A stretch of DNA of 64,000 nt from contig NW_004797471.1 in the NCBI RefSeq assembly GCF_000002075.1, positions 878,578 through 942,577 of the forward strand. The letters are read 5' to 3'. Of the stretch, positions 1-13,560 are shown piece after piece. The notes beneath the pieces were generated by a model that saw only the letters and a program-made list of their open reading frames with translations, was not told the DNA's origin and searched no databases. The first letter of the stretch is position 1; every line of letters begins with the position of its first letter. Source of the DNA: Aplysia californica. Its lineage: Eukaryota. The position numbers and the translations under genes are program-made.

Positions 1-32
<32 letters not shown>

Positions 33-145
33 GGGCCTACTTATTATTATCGTGGAATATTATGTGTACTATTTTCGGTTGGACCTAAACCAGTCTAAAC
101 GGTACAATTCTCTCTGCGTTGGTTAAAGTTTCCGTAAGAGCTTCC

Positions 146-154
146 ACTTCCGGT
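146..154. promoter_or_regulatory. ETS/GABP-like site (ACTTCCGGT) upstream of the C9orf78 start codon
   Basis: Reverse complement contains CCGGAAGT, about 80 bp upstream of ATG 232; motif common in animal housekeeping promoters; function inferred. Confidence 0.35.
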
Positions 155-231
155 CTATTTTCACACATCTTCCAGCGTCCTGACTGGTTTGGTTTCGTTT
201 CTTCTTCAACTTCCACTCCACACCATTTACC

Positions 232-3200
232 ATGGCTGACTCTGGAATCAAGCGTAAACGAAATGTTAGACAACGTCAGGCGTCATCTAGCAGTAGCGAC
301 GGTGAATCCGATGAAAATGAAAACACAAGGTATTTTGTAAAGATTTTTTTGTGTGCATTTAAAAACGTGTTTGTTAGCTCAGCACTGCCACTCCCACTGC
401 CAGGGACGATTGAAGTCCCAATCGAAATCCCACGTTTCTTCAATAGTCTTCATGATTAAAAAAGCAAGCCCAGTTGATGAGTTGTTCGCCGTTCTTTTTT
501 TAATCACACGACCAGAGAAAATATCTTATTAGCATCACGTTGAGGGCTGCTCTCATACTTTACTCATAGTGTGGTGGTGCTTGCCACACATCCTTGCCCT
601 TTGCCTTTTTGTTTCCCCAGGGATGACGAACCTCCTGAGTGAGATTGAGAACTGACCTACGAGGTCTGTCTCAAATAAAGTTTTCCTCAGTGACCTTGTA
701 GTTCAGTTCGTTAACTCTTATCCTGCGTCTGTGCCCAGATGCGTATCTTATCAGCAACCGATTACGTCGGACGTGCCGGGCAGGCCGCCGGGGTCACTCA
801 CTCAGTGTGTACTGTTGGTGTACAGGGTGACCCCGGCAGTTCCTTGAGAATTTTTAAAGGAAGCAGTCTTTCTCTATTTCAGTTCTTGAGACTTGAGATC
901 GCCTTCAGTGCAACAAGCTAGCATTGGGTACAGAATCAACAACTAATGACTTGCCTTCCACTATGCATTTTGTTGTTGCATAGGGGAAAAAAACAGCTGC
1001 GTCCCCCTTATTTATTTTAACTTTTTTAAACGAAGTGTATACAGACCCGGTAACCGGGAACAAAGTCACGAAGTATACAGACCCGGTAGGGGAACTGTTT
1101 TGTGATTTCGGAAAGTTTCAGCGCCCAGACCCGGTAGTGTGTGTGTGTGTGTGTGTGTGTGTGAGTGAGTGAGAGTGAGTTAGAGAGAGAGTGAGTTAGA
1201 GAAAGAGAGAGAGAGAGAGGGTGACTGCTCGATTGAAATTAAATGACATTGTTCTTTTCTTGAAATTGTGATTCCTCCAACTCCAAAACGGATGAAAAAC
1301 TGGCGTTCATCGAAAAGACATCCGCAATCTTCATTTAGATCTATATCTACACCTAGATCTAGATCTAGGCTAGCCTTGAAACTAGATCAATGATTTATAT
1401 CTGTCTGTCTAGATCTAGACCTAGGCCATAGATCTTGAAGAACCTAGGTCTGCCCTGAGCCAAGAGGGCGCTGAAACTTTCCGAAATCACAAAAGAGTTC
1501 CCCTACCGGGTCTGTATACTTTGTGACTTTGTCCCCGGTTACCGGGTCTGTATACACTCCCTATTTTAAAATGCATTTTAATGTTATAGTTTGGTAATAC
1601 CTGAGTGCGTTTTAATTACCTTTTATGCAGTTTGTGTGATTCGAATTGGCTGGACCAGTACAAAAATACAGCCATTTTCGAAAGTGTCCACTTATTTTTT
1701 AGGACAAATATTGTATGTTAATTTATTATACTATTTAAGAAAAAGCGGATTTTGTAAGATATGTTTTCTATTAATTTTTCCGCTGTTTCAGGGAAAAACT
1801 AGAAGCAATGCGTGCAATACAGAAGATGCGGTCACGACAACATGGAGTGAGTGCAGCCAGTCTTGCACTGGGGAAGAAAATTGCAAAAACAGAAGAGATA
1901 TCTGATGTAAGTAGCGGTATTAGCTGTCTCTTTGATTTTGTCTTTGAATTACGGGACATTTTTTCCAAGTTTTTGTTGGAAAAGCTTTAATTTGTGCAAA
2001 TCTTAGCTGTTTTCTGTTTGTTCATTTAAAAAATAATGTGAGGCATTGTCTCAGCCCCTTTAATAAAGTCTGTTTTAATGAGTAATTTTATCACCGAAAG
2101 CAAGACAAATTAGCAAGCTTTAAAATGATACCAACAACTCCACATGTTCAAAAATTGGTGAGCGCCTGATTCCACCACGTCGTGACATGTATATGAGGCA
2201 TCGTGGTGAAATCAGACATTCGTCAAAATGATGAAATCAAAGGAATCTGCATTTTTCTAGCTGCTGCTAATTTTTTTTCAAATTCTCTTTGATTGGCTCA
2301 ACACCTTTTATGTCCATATAAAAACATATTACTGTGTGGATAGTACCAAAAAACGTTCATTTAAGTCACCAAAATGTAAATTTCCGGTTTTCAAGGACAC
2401 TCAAGCTCAGGAAGTCACCATAATTCGGCAGCCGTTTTATTGCTAATTTTATCTGTCATAACAAGCGACCTCCACATCCTTCAATCTCGAATATCTCGAC
2501 TTCTGTTCAAGATAGATATGTGTATTTTTTTTTGCCAAATGCAGCACAAATGAACTAGCTTTAAGATGATGTTAATAACTCTATATGCCACAAATTGATG
2601 AGTGCCTGATTCCACCACGTCGTGACACATAATGTATACCAATCTGAATCTCTCACTTTATTTTAGAAAGCTAATGGTATATGATGGGTTTTTTTTCATT
2701 CATCTACTTCCATTCTCCTATGTTATTGTTATTATTATCTTTTCTTTCCCCAGGCTGACCCGTTCAAAATGAAAACTGGAGGCATTGTTGACATGAAAGC
2801 TTTGAAAAAGAAGTAAGTTAGCATTGTGGTGACCAACATTTCCTGTAGGTTTTTTTTTTTTTCTCCAAATGTTCCCTGATTTTTTTTCCTATTGAGCAAG
2901 ATTCTACTCTTTCTGTTTAGTGCGTAAGGCTGCTAGGTGTTCGTTAGAGATTCATTAGGTTCCGCGATTTTTCCTTCCCATTGATTATTTTAGCCAAAGT
3001 AAATGGTCAGTGCACTTGTTGTTTTTTTGTTCCTGTTTTTTTCTCTGTTTGCAAGTAGCGGTGGCAGTAATATATATGAGCTTTTGCCAAAAGGTGGGGG
3101 TGTTTGCTTAAGGACTTTTTAAATCAACCACTACTCATGGTAAAATATGTTTTCTTCTGAAAACTTAATGCATATGGCAAGGAAAAAAGTTGGTCAAGCT

Positions 3201-6200
3201 GCATGAGCAAGTAGATTGATGTGTGCATCTTATATCTCTACATAGAAAGATAATAGTACTAAAAATAGGGCATTTTTTACTCATCCTGAGTGCACACGTA
3301 ATTGTATGTTAAATACAGATTATTGTTAATCTTAAACTATCAAACAGAAGTGCATTCAAACATTGAAAATAGTTTGTATACACCATTATAACAGCGTGTG
3401 TCCATTAAAAGGGTTTTATTTTTTATATTAATGATGTTATTGCTGAGTAAAATTTATAAATTCGTTCATAACTCGTGTCATAATTACATCATCAGACTTT
3501 CCAAGGTCTAGAAAACCCAAATCGTTAAACATATCATCCCGGGGAATGACCGGTATTAAACATTGGTTTGACATTGATCCATCAGAAGGGTAATTTTCCG
3601 CTCCATCGCATGGTTTTGCTTAAATATGACTTTGATTGAGATAATCCAGGTTTGTCATAATGATGTTATGAACAAACACTTTATGATATTTCTGCAAAAT
3701 ATCATGTGAGGGACTTCCCACTGTTTCACAACATCCTTTTACATGGTGGGATGAACATGGAAGAGTATCGTGCTGATGACTCAAAAGAGAAGCGAAGAAG
3801 AGGCAAAAATATGCTTGTCATAATGGATTGTCATCATGTTATGAACGTGACAGTGTGTCATAATGGTTATGAACGAAACCTTATTCCATGTAATTTACAG
3901 TTGTTTTGGGATGTATTTTTAATTTTAACCCAACTTGAGGATGTATTAGACCTTGCTTACATTCTGATATTTTGATTTTTATCATAAGTGTATGGGTCTG
4001 GATTTTAATTAGTATTTTACTTTTGTAGTAATGGTTATGAACGAACTTCATATTGTACTCTGCGGGCTTTCTAGAGTTGATAAACATTAAAAACATGAAC
4101 ACAGATACATATTATGAGGAAACTTTCATTTAATATGAAATTTTAAAGTAAATGACAGGTCAAAATATTAATTTTTATGTCAAAACTGAAGTTTGTCATA
4201 ATAGTTATGAACGAACAATTAAAGGTATTCTAAGGGTTTTTCAGTGATTAAACTTTGAATTCTTCCAACATATAACCTTATTTTGAGGAGAATCTCATAA
4301 ATTAAAACTATTTTATGTGAATGACAGAATAATAAGTTAATTTTTTGGGCCCATAGTAAAATTTGTCATAATAGTTATGAACGAAATAGTGTGTCATAAC
4401 GGTTATGAACGAAACCTTATTCCATGTAATTTACAGTTGTTTTGGGATGTATTTTTTATTTTAACCCAACTAAAGGACAGAATAGACCTTGCATACATTC
4501 TGATATTTTGATTTTTATCATAAAAGTGTAAGAGTGTGGATTTTAATTAGTATTATACTTTTGTAGTAATGGTTATGAACGAACTATTTATAGTCCATTT
4601 TATATATTTTGAGGGCTTTTCAGTGTTAACAAACTTTAGAAACATGTACAGAGATACATATTATGAGGAGAGTTTCATTTAATAAAAGTTTTTAAAAATG
4701 AATGACAGATCAAAATGAGTAAATTTTTAGGTCAAAATTGAAGTTTGTCATAATTGTTATGAACGAACCATTTTAAAGGTATTCTAAGGGTTTTTCAGGA
4801 AATAAACTTTGAATTCTCCCTACATAGAGGAATCTATCATATTTTAAGGAAAGCCTCATAAATGAAAACCGTTTTATGTGAAAGACAGAACAATATAAAT
4901 AAATTTTAGGGGCCAAAAGTAAAATTTGTCATAATAGTTATGAACGAAACAGTGTGTCATAATGGTTATGAACGAACTTTAAATTTATGCATAATATGCC
5001 CTAAGACCAGTTTGCGTTTAAAAATAGCTGTTCAATGGTCTTTCATTTATCACTTGACTAAAATTTAGACCAGAGTGTTATTTTAGACAATTCTAGTCGA
5101 TGAAACTTGATATAATTGATAGTATTTTGGTCACTTATTGTTCGTTCATAACTATTATGACACAAAAAAGTTATTTTATCAAAAATTAATAAAGGTTTTT
5201 ATAAATTGTCAATTCTATGTAATTTTGGAAGTTATTTGCTATGTCTCAAAATATAACATCAGCCTAGCTGAAGAAAGCAACTTTGAGTATTCATAAATTT
5301 GTGTCATCATTGTTATGAACGAACTTTTTACTATTTCCGTCATTCAAGTCAGAATTACACCAAGACCATTGCATATACTGCTTTGGCAGTTACTGAGTCT
5401 GAAAGAGCAATCATTAGGCTATATAATATGGGTGATTAAAGAATTATTACATAAAGTTGATTTTGGACCTCATTTGTCACACCCAGGTATCCCACCTTTT
5501 GGCAAATGCTCATATATATATATATGTGCATGCTAATTGATTCAGATTGCATGGTTCAGCTCTGTGTTTGCGCTAAAGGCATCATGTTGAAAACTTACTA
5601 TTACTGTACAATGTTCTTAATTTTCTGTCTTACAATCAGAACAGCTTTCTGAGGATCTTCAGAAATCAGGTGTCTTAGAAACAAAGGCTTTTTCTTCTTT
5701 TGTGGATTTTTTTCCCCCTGCTCTATCTAAATATTTTATACACCTTTTTCTGTTTACATATTGTTGTCTCGCAACTTTTTAAATTTTCTTTTTTTTAAGT
5801 TGTCCTTTCTAAAGGTACACAAATGATAACTTGACTGATTCTTAAAAAAGAAAATTATTTCTTTCCTATAGACCTCTGACAGGAGAGGCCGCTGAAGCCA
5901 TCGGAACCGCATTTGCTGCAGAGACCAACAGACGAGATGAGGATGCTGAAATGTAAGTGCTTCTTGGAAAAACCTTACATTTTTTTTTGTTCTGCCTGTA
6001 GACTAAGAAATCATTTTATTGAATAAAAGTAATCCCATCACAACGTCTTAAGCAACACCTTGCTCAAGAGGAATTTGTTCATCCGCTTCATAAGTGATGA
6101 AGGATTATCATACTATGTATGCTATTGTAGAACAAACTTTCTAATGGGAAGTGTGAGGCAAATTGTCCGTTTCTTTCATAGAATGTGTTGGTTTCGCTGG

Positions 6201-9200
6201 GTTTTTTTAACACAATCTGCTTGTGTTCGATCTCAGTTTTCTTGTAGATGAAATATTACCGTTCAATATTATGTGTAATTTTTCTTTTTTCATGGAAATT
6301 GCTTTAGTGTGAAATGTTACAATCTCAGGTAATTGGAAAGCAGGTTATTTTGTTTTATGGCGTCGGTGGCCTAGTGGTTAGGCTCTCGGACTTGCAACCG
6401 TGAGGTCGCGGGTTCGAATCCCGTCAGGGGCCCGACGTTGTGTCCTTGGGAAAGGCACTTAGCACAAATTTTCCTCACTTCACCCAGGTGGAAATGGGTA
6501 CCTGGCAATAGACAGTGAACGATCTTGTCAGTTTGATAGTGTTTGAGCGTGTGAAATCCGCAGCTTGCACTGTATGCTTCCACGGAAGCCGAGAATGTTT
6601 CCGAGTGTTATCAGAGGATTGCTGGGGTAATGATAGTTGTAAAGCGCATAGAGCATGCTCTTGAGCATGGATATGCACTATATAAATGCAATTATTATAT
6701 TATTATTATTATTATGGCTGAAGCCCTTTATAATTTTTCTCACCTGTGGCTTCGCTTCTGCCTGTCCATTACCTACTTTCTGTTGCTCATTCTATCTTTC
6801 TTCAGGCTCTTTCGCTCCTCTATTTCTGTCTTCAACTCCCTCTTCCTTTACATCTACTTCTTTTTTTTTCTCCCCCATTCACAACTTATCTCGCTTAACA
6901 TCACTCTCTTTCAATCTTTATCTCTCTATCTTTCTATTTCTTATCTTTGTCTTTCACTCTCCTTCTTTCCTTCCATCTATCTCATTCTCAAGTCTTTGGC
7001 TTGCTCAAAAGCTTATGTCCTATTGTTACTGACCCTCCCTCACGTTTTTCCTGTGCGATGTTCCAGGCTCAAGTATGTGGAGGAGGAGCTGGCGAGGAGG
7101 AAAGGTCACCATAAGGAGGAGGAGGAAACCAAGGACAGGTGTGTGGCTGGGCTCTTTGTCTTTGTTTTAGTATGGGTTTTATGGGTTTTGCAATACAAGT
7201 ACGTCGTGCATGTTAGTGCCGAAGACTGGGGATGTTACTAGAGAGTAACTAACAAATGAAATAAGGACGATAGATATGTTTGATAGGAAAGAAGGAGCAA
7301 AGAACACCAGAGCACCAACCTCTGTGTCTTGACAGACCTGCTTGTTTTGTAGCCTGGGAATATCTTGCACAGTGTGGGTTTTACCTCGGAGATTAAAATT
7401 TCTTATGGGGGACCTAAACAAGTAATATGGGGGAACTGATTTGTGGAGAAGGGGGGGGGGGGGGGGTGAGAGGGGGACACTTCGGGATTTTTAATGGTTT
7501 GTTTTCATTTTCATTTGCAAAGTGGTTTGGTTGATTTACTCAATGATCTGATGGTCTTGAAATTGATTTCTGGCTAGTCTTTCATCATGTTCAGGGGTTC
7601 ATGTCGTACCATATCCTTTTCTCCGCTCTTGATGTACTTTTAGATTTGAAAACCTTCTGGGGGGGGGTTAATTTATTATTTACTTTCACATGATTACCCC
7701 AAAGCTGTCAGTTTAATTTGCTTATGTTTGTCTTGGTAAAGAATTTTTCTGTAGACTTATTAGAGTTAAGCCTATAAGATGTAGTTTGTAGCTACTTGTG
7801 TGTCTAAATGTCATTGTGCATTCTGATGTGATGTGCTTTTTCTATTCTGTGAAAATGTCATCTTAACTCGCTTCCTGGCAAAATGTCGGCAGCCGGATCA
7901 TAGAGACTTTTTGAAAATTGCCGCTCATTTTTGTTGATGTCAGTTTCATGTTCGCTTATTTTTCAGCCAAAAATCTCAGACAGATTCTCTGTATGACCTG
8001 CCGGAACATCTCAAGAAGTATTCCTCAGAGAAAAGATCAGAAGACATGTTGTCCAATCAGATGCTTTCGGGAATTCCTGAGATAGATCTGGGTATCGAGT
8101 GAGTACTGAACTAGTCTAAGTATCACAGCAACATAATTTTGTCTGGTAATGCTGGGGTCAACTTGAACCATTGCCGTAAAAATACTTATTTTTCATTTGC
8201 CCATGACAGAAGAGCCATGAAGTTTTACTACATGATAAAAACATGACTTTACTAATCTTAGTATTACCCTCTGAAAGTAAAATGGCTATGGTGATATTTA
8301 TCATTTTGACCTTCCTTACTAAAATTATTTATGAATAATGCCTGCTAAGGGGTTATGCGGGGCATTTTAATTTAAAAATTGTATAAATTTGTCGTAGCAT
8401 TTTTTAGTTGTTATGATATTCAATTTTTGTTTGATGGATTGGACATGTCTCCACCACTCCAGTGTAAAATATCGAAGCTTAGTTCTGGATAATAGCGACG
8501 ATAGAGGTTTACTTTTATGTACTGTGCTTAGGAATGTTCCTTTTCGTTACAGCGTAACATACTCTGTTGGTTGGAAGCTCTGAAAGAAACATGCAATTTT
8601 TTGTTTTAATTGTTTGATCAGGTCAATTACTAGAGCTGTATGCCATTTAAAACCTGTTATTTATTTTTATACTATGCTTTTTGTATTCCTCTCCACAAGG
8701 ACCAAGAAGTGAATACTGTCATAATTTAATTACAGTTGCTCTTGATAATTTAGAAACGAAAATTGAGTGAAGTTTGACCATTTTGTAAATATTCGTACCT
8801 TCTCATGTTTTATCACTCTTATTAAGAGATACACAGATTTGTTTAAAATACAAGTATTGCAGTTTTTCAAAATACCATTAAGTAAGAAGCTGATAGTCAA
8901 GAGCAACCATTTGCTTATGTTTGTGCAGCAGAGACTTTGGGATTTTCTTTTGTTCTTTTGTTTTTCACTTAGTGGGTGGTTGGCGGGTGCTCTGGTGTGG
9001 TTTGCTTCTTCTTTCCTATCAAACATCTATCGTCCTTATCTCCCCTTCATCGAAAAACCCCTACTAAACTAAAACTAAAACTGTTTTTCACTTTCCTGCT
9101 CTGATTTCTCTTAGTGCAAAGATCAAGAACATTGAGGCCACAGAGGACGCAAAACAGAAGCTTCTGGAGGAGCGGAAACGTCTGCGTGAGAACATGCCAT

Positions 9201-11666
9201 CTGCCTTTGTCCCTAACAATGTCGCTGTGAACTTTGTACAGCACAACAGATGTGAGTTACCCTGTTTTTATTCTGTAATGTCACGTGGAATTCTTACATT
9301 TTATGAATGTGAAGGCACGGAAAGAATTTTTTTCTAATTGAGATTTTTGAGTGCTCACGCAAAGCCTGAAATTAATAATAATACTATTTGCAGGAAAGGT
9401 TTATGATGAAAGTGGTTGAGAAATTGATGACTGTATTGGAGGTTTCCCCATGTTTGAAGCTATTTTAACAAGGTGGACTGCTTTGTTTCGTGTTGCCAAG
9501 TACAGACCTGCCACTCATCCCGATTTAATCAGGATATCCCGATTTTTTTTGGCCCCAAATCTCAAGCATCCCGATTTTCCCAATTTCAGTCAAGTGTATC
9601 CCTATTTTTTTATTTTTTTTCAGTCTGTTTCGTCGGATTAAAAAAAAACTTACTCTGGCTTTTTCTGTGTCACGGGAAGCAAACGTTGAACTTTTTGTAA
9701 GTGGGAGTTTGGACCATTATTTTCCTAAATATCAATTCCGGATTTAGTAGTTGACTCGCCCCAAGTTGTGTTTGATTTTTGCCCCACACTCAGAATTCTA
9801 TGATGATAGCCTCATAACTGCGACATGCAAATACTCGATTTATAATATTCGTGGTTCTGCTGTTACTTTCAAAACAAGCCTCGTCCGAGGTCTAGTATCT
9901 GCGCGTTCACACCAAAACACTCGGACAAGCAACAGTCGTTCTAACCCTTGCACAGCTGACTGTGCTGATCTAGACTAACACTCGACCTTTGTCGTTGCTT
10001 TGGTCTGAACACAAATCAGGAATAAGAAAGAAATAATTTGTTGGTACATTTGGTCTGTCGGCTGTTGTCGTTAGCCTAGAATGACTCTCGCTCGTCCAAG
10101 TGTTTGGTGTGAATGCGCAGTTAGTCGGTCTTGTCGATAAAACTGTTTCAATCGTGCGTTCGCATTTCGTATCTCGTGACATGACTTCGGCGTGTCAGTT
10201 CCGCCTGTGTTGGGGACCATCCGTTGACCGGGTCAACTTAAGTCCATGCACACTGGTTGAAGTGTCTTTTGGACTTATTGGTGATTGGTGGGAGTTACAC
10301 ACTTGAGCGCTTGACGTGATGTTTTTGGATTTTAAAAAAGTAATGACAAAACTCATTCATGCACACACGATATATATTTTTATATTAAATATTTATAGAC
10401 ACCCCTGGAAAATTTTTAAGTAAGCTTGGCAGTCACCTTGGTGATTTTAACTGTTGATCCCAGATTTTTTTTCCCAAATCCCGATTTTGTTCCCTCTGAG
10501 ATCCTGATTTTGAGATTTCATAGAGTGGCAGGTCTGCATGTATTATGAATTATTTTACCAAAAAGCCATATCGTTTTATCCCTGTCTGAATGGGCAATGT
10601 GATGGGTTGCATGCTTATTTCTGAAATAGGTTCGGGGTTTTTGTGAAACAAATTCAAGGTGGATATCAGCAATCCCAAATTACAAATTTCCTGTTCTTAA
10701 TCTAAGACAAGTTTCACAATTTCATGCAAAAGAATACTAAATCCAAAGACAGAAAAGAGAATAAAACAGCACCTAGACATAAATAGCGTGTACCTTAAGT
10801 AACATATATGTATGTATATATATAACAATTGGGTTTGGTGCTTCCTCCTCAGTCAACATCGATGACAACAAGCCCAAGTTTGTGAAGAAAGTTGAGGAAG
10901 CCAAACCAGAGCCTGTGCGGGTCGGTGATGTGGACAAGGCAGTAACTCCAGCTGGTAAGTTCTTGTGAAAGATGCCACTCATTTTTGTTGCGTGCTTAAT
11001 TCCTTACAGAGATTCCTTTTAGTTTTAGTGCAAAGGTTTTTGTGTGTAGTGTCTTCAGTTGAAGTAACTTTTTACCTTGTATGCAGAAGTTTTGTGATTT
11101 TTATAAATAATTACATGTTTGATGTTAACAAGTCTTTAGTGATGACCTTGAGAATCCTCATTTAATTCTCTCCCCCCCCGCGTCCGTTCTGTATATCATG
11201 CTGTCAAAATGATTGTTATTACTTTAGGCCCCTAATAACCTAATTTGCAAGATTATAAACTATTTGAGTGAATGATGATAACAAAAGGAGACTAGTATGT
11301 TGAACTTCTTTTGCACTCCTTTGTTTCCTCCGTCTGTGTCTCATTTTTTAAACAGAAAATAGCCATTATCAAGCTGATGTGCTCCAATTTGAATCAAAAT
11401 ATTTTTAAAACATTTTTTTTTAGATTTTGTTATTCAGCAACTAAAGTTCGGAGTATGAAAGAGAGACCCGAACTCTTGTCTTGCCTGTAAGGGAAACTTT
11501 TTTTTTTCAAAGACAATTTGTTCTGATGCTGTGACTTGATGATGAAATATCTGCCCTTTCTCTTTTCCCAGAAACGAGCACGACGACAAAGAAGAAGTCT
11601 AGTGAAGAGAAAGCAACTGACGATTTCCACTTTGAGAAATTCAAGAAACAAATGCGTCGGTTTTGA
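232..11666 (+). CDS. C9orf78: Splicing factor C9orf78 / telomere length and silencing protein 1 (TLS1, HCA59) homolog, 9 exons, 296 aa
   Basis: Exons 232-329, 1792-1906, 2754-2812, 5872-5952, 7067-7138, 7967-8098, 9115-9251, 10853-10954, 11572-11666; all GT-AG and phase-compatible (891 nt, TGA stop). Translation has the family motifs DPFKMKTGGIVDMK, GTAFAAETNRRDEDAEM, MLSNQMLSGIPEIDLGIDAKIKNI, NFVQHNR, EKATDDFHFEKFKK. Confidence 0.96.
1031..1561. mobile_element. MITE with ~95-bp terminal inverted repeats and an internal GT/GA microsatellite
   Basis: 1031-1125 (AGTGTATACAGACCCGGTAACCGGG...GGAAAGTTTCAGCGCCC) is the reverse complement of 1466-1561; non-coding. Confidence 0.8.
2037..2628. mobile_element. 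Two adjacent copies of a MITE family with TIR GTGAGGC..CGTGGTG(G/A)AATCAG
   Basis: Ends CTGATTCCACCACGTCGTGACA near 2166-2187 and 2606-2627; related copies at about 50840-51243, 52957-53355, 53908-54336 and 62780-63380. Confidence 0.7.
3078..5511. mobile_element. Non-autonomous DNA transposon (Sola-like termini) with internal repeats
   Basis: TIR GAGCTTTTGCCAAAAGGTGGG / CCCACCTTTTGGCAAATGCTC, ATAT on both flanks; interior has ~540-560-bp direct repeats and many TCATAAnnGTTATGAACGAA motifs. Confidence 0.75.
6359..6714 (+). mobile_element. tRNA-derived SINE with CORE-like central domain and (TAT)n tail
   Basis: A box GGTGGCCTAGTGG, B box GGTTCGAATCC, then GTGTCCTTGGGAAAGGCACTT...CACCCAGGTGGAAATGGGTACC and an L2-like tail ending in TATTATTATT. 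Confidence 0.8.
8972..9081 (+). mobile_element. Fragment of an abundant short interspersed repeat (GGTGGTTGGCGGGTGCTCTGGTGTGGTTTGCT...(CTAAAA)n)
   Basis: Same unit at about 7160-7320(-), 35563-35752(+), 39230-39345(-) and many copies at 43100-60320(-). Confidence 0.75.
9503..10536. mobile_element. MITE with hAT-like TIR CAGACCTGCCACTC
   Basis: CAGACCTGCCACTC at 9503 and GAGTGGCAGGTCTG ending at 10536; subterminal ATCCCGATTT repeats; TSD not clean. Confidence 0.7.
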
Positions 11667-12423
11667 TTTTTTTTTTAAAACGAGCGTCCTGTGTTCCTGC
11701 GTTGTGCCTGTGAAAGGAGCAAGGAGCATCCTCTGTTGACCATGTGAGATGTTGTCTCCCCTCCAGCACGTTCCACATCTATATACCGGTATTGTGGCAT
11801 GACATGGTTGGTCGTTACATATGATTCTGATACTACGGGTAAATATTACGTGTGTACATTCCTGGCCCACATGTGAAGCTGCAATGTTGAGTGTCACTGG
11901 CCAGATGTTCTCATGACAGCAAGATGTCTAGAGACGGACAGAAGCAGAAAGGGAAGGGTGGTAGTGGGAAATTGCACAATGAGTGCACCATTAGCTCAGT
12001 TAGTATCTTGCTGGACTGCAATGTGTTTGACCCTGTTTGGGTCCACATTGAGTGCCTTTATGGGCTGGGGTTGTTAAGGGTATTTGTGTGGCTGTCCAGG
12101 AAAACCCTTCACATGGGTCACAAATGATTCTTCTGTCAATTCTTTGTCTCTATCACTTTTGAGTTATTTACATATTTGGATTCTGCATTCAATTCTGAAC
12201 ATTTTGCTTTTTATTTGACTAGATTATCTTCAATAGATCAAAAGTTATGGCCTTTTATGTATGGTACCCTCCGAAAAGTCACTTTTGAGAAAACAGCACT
12301 TAAAAGTTGAGGCCTCCCCATGTGTTAATGATGTCAGTAAAACACAAAAATTGCATGCAAACCATTCCAAAGCATTTAATTACAACATAGTGGTTAGTTG
12401 AAGAGTTAAAACCAGAATTTATG

Positions 12424-13560
12424 AGGTTGAATCACTTACAGTGGTGCATTCTGCCTGGCGTCATTGCCGTGCCTTGCTGAGTTGGCCTCAGCCACGTCCA
12501 CGTCCTCTGCCACGTACATTCTGGTCTACTCCATTTGCTTGGCCTGGTTTGGTCTTCTTGGGAACAGGTGTATCCTCATCCTCATCACTGGGCTCCTCTG
12601 GTGGAAGTGGAAGTGTGGGGAAAGGGGTGACGATGTCATGCTTGTCTGCTGCAACAAAGGGGTGTATTTCTTTGTGAAGGTAGGCCTGCCTCTGAGCACT
12701 GAGACCTGTCTTTGGAATGATCTCTGGCATGGTGTTCTGTTCAGGCATTTTCTTAACCATGTCATAACTCTGTTCTTCGACGTCGATATTGGTTTTCACC
12801 TTCTCAGATCCTGTCCTGTCCATGCGAAAGTGGTGGAATGACTTGATCCCCTTGATTTAAAAAAAAACCTGTCAGATAAGTAGTCCAGTCGTACGTTGGG
12901 ACCTCTGTCGGTCCATTTTCAGTTCCAATCAGCTTCCCAACATTCATCTGGGATGACGAGTTGACTGTTGACTACGTCAAGAATATCCTGCAGACAGTCA
13001 ACTTTTGTTCATCTGAATTTCCGCTTGATGAGGCCAAAACCTCCGTATGGGCTGAATTTGGTATGTCCAGTAATCAAGAAGCTAAGACGAATGACATGAT
13101 TCCGACCTGTTAGGCACCTCCACAGAATATACCACATCATCTGATTGTTTTTGTTTTGCCCTGCACAGTTGTCTGCGTGAAGAAGCAGATTCGTTTCCGC
13201 AAGGCTGTGATTTTCAAGGTAGTCGTGAAGAAACGAAATAACGACGTTGGCTCCTTTGCCAGTGCTGTGGGCTTCGTCGACAAGATAATTGATCTGAATG
13301 CCACAAGCTTCGCTGTTGATCCCAAATAAACCACACTTTCAAGGTGTCTTGAAATAGATAGGGCCTGGTTGGTGGGGATCCTGTGGGTAGTGCATCTGCT
13401 GTGCGAAGTCGAAAGACACATGGTGCGTACCCTCAAATGAACAAGCAGGGTGATTTCCCCGGGGTAGGTCAGCTGGCAAATTCCGCTTCACTTCCTCGCA
13501 GACCTGCTTGTAGTAGGCCCTTTCCTTTTTAACCCTGGAAGCGCGCACCGTGTTCCCAGA
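12424..13560 (-). mobile_element. Degenerate Sola-like (DUF7869-type) transposase, C-terminal two-thirds
   Basis: Frameshifted translation SFDFAQQMHYPQDPHQPGPIYF...GKGANVVISFLH...LHADNCAGQNKN...LSFLITGHTKFSP...VPTYDW...GLSAQRQAYL. Confidence 0.75.

Noticed and set aside
3460-5330. CRISPR-like repeat array
   Set aside because: Spacing is irregular, spacers are themselves duplicated, the array lies between TIRs in a eukaryotic intron, and there are no cas genes.
6359-6432. tRNA-Cys-like gene (also tRNA-like heads at 37345, 47565, 60850, 61575, 63710)
   Set aside because: Acceptor stems are imperfect and most continue into SINE bodies or are multi-copy; treated as SINE heads.
6630-7241. 203-aa hydrophobic ORF
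   Set aside because: CT-rich intron sequence reading through C9orf78 exon 5.
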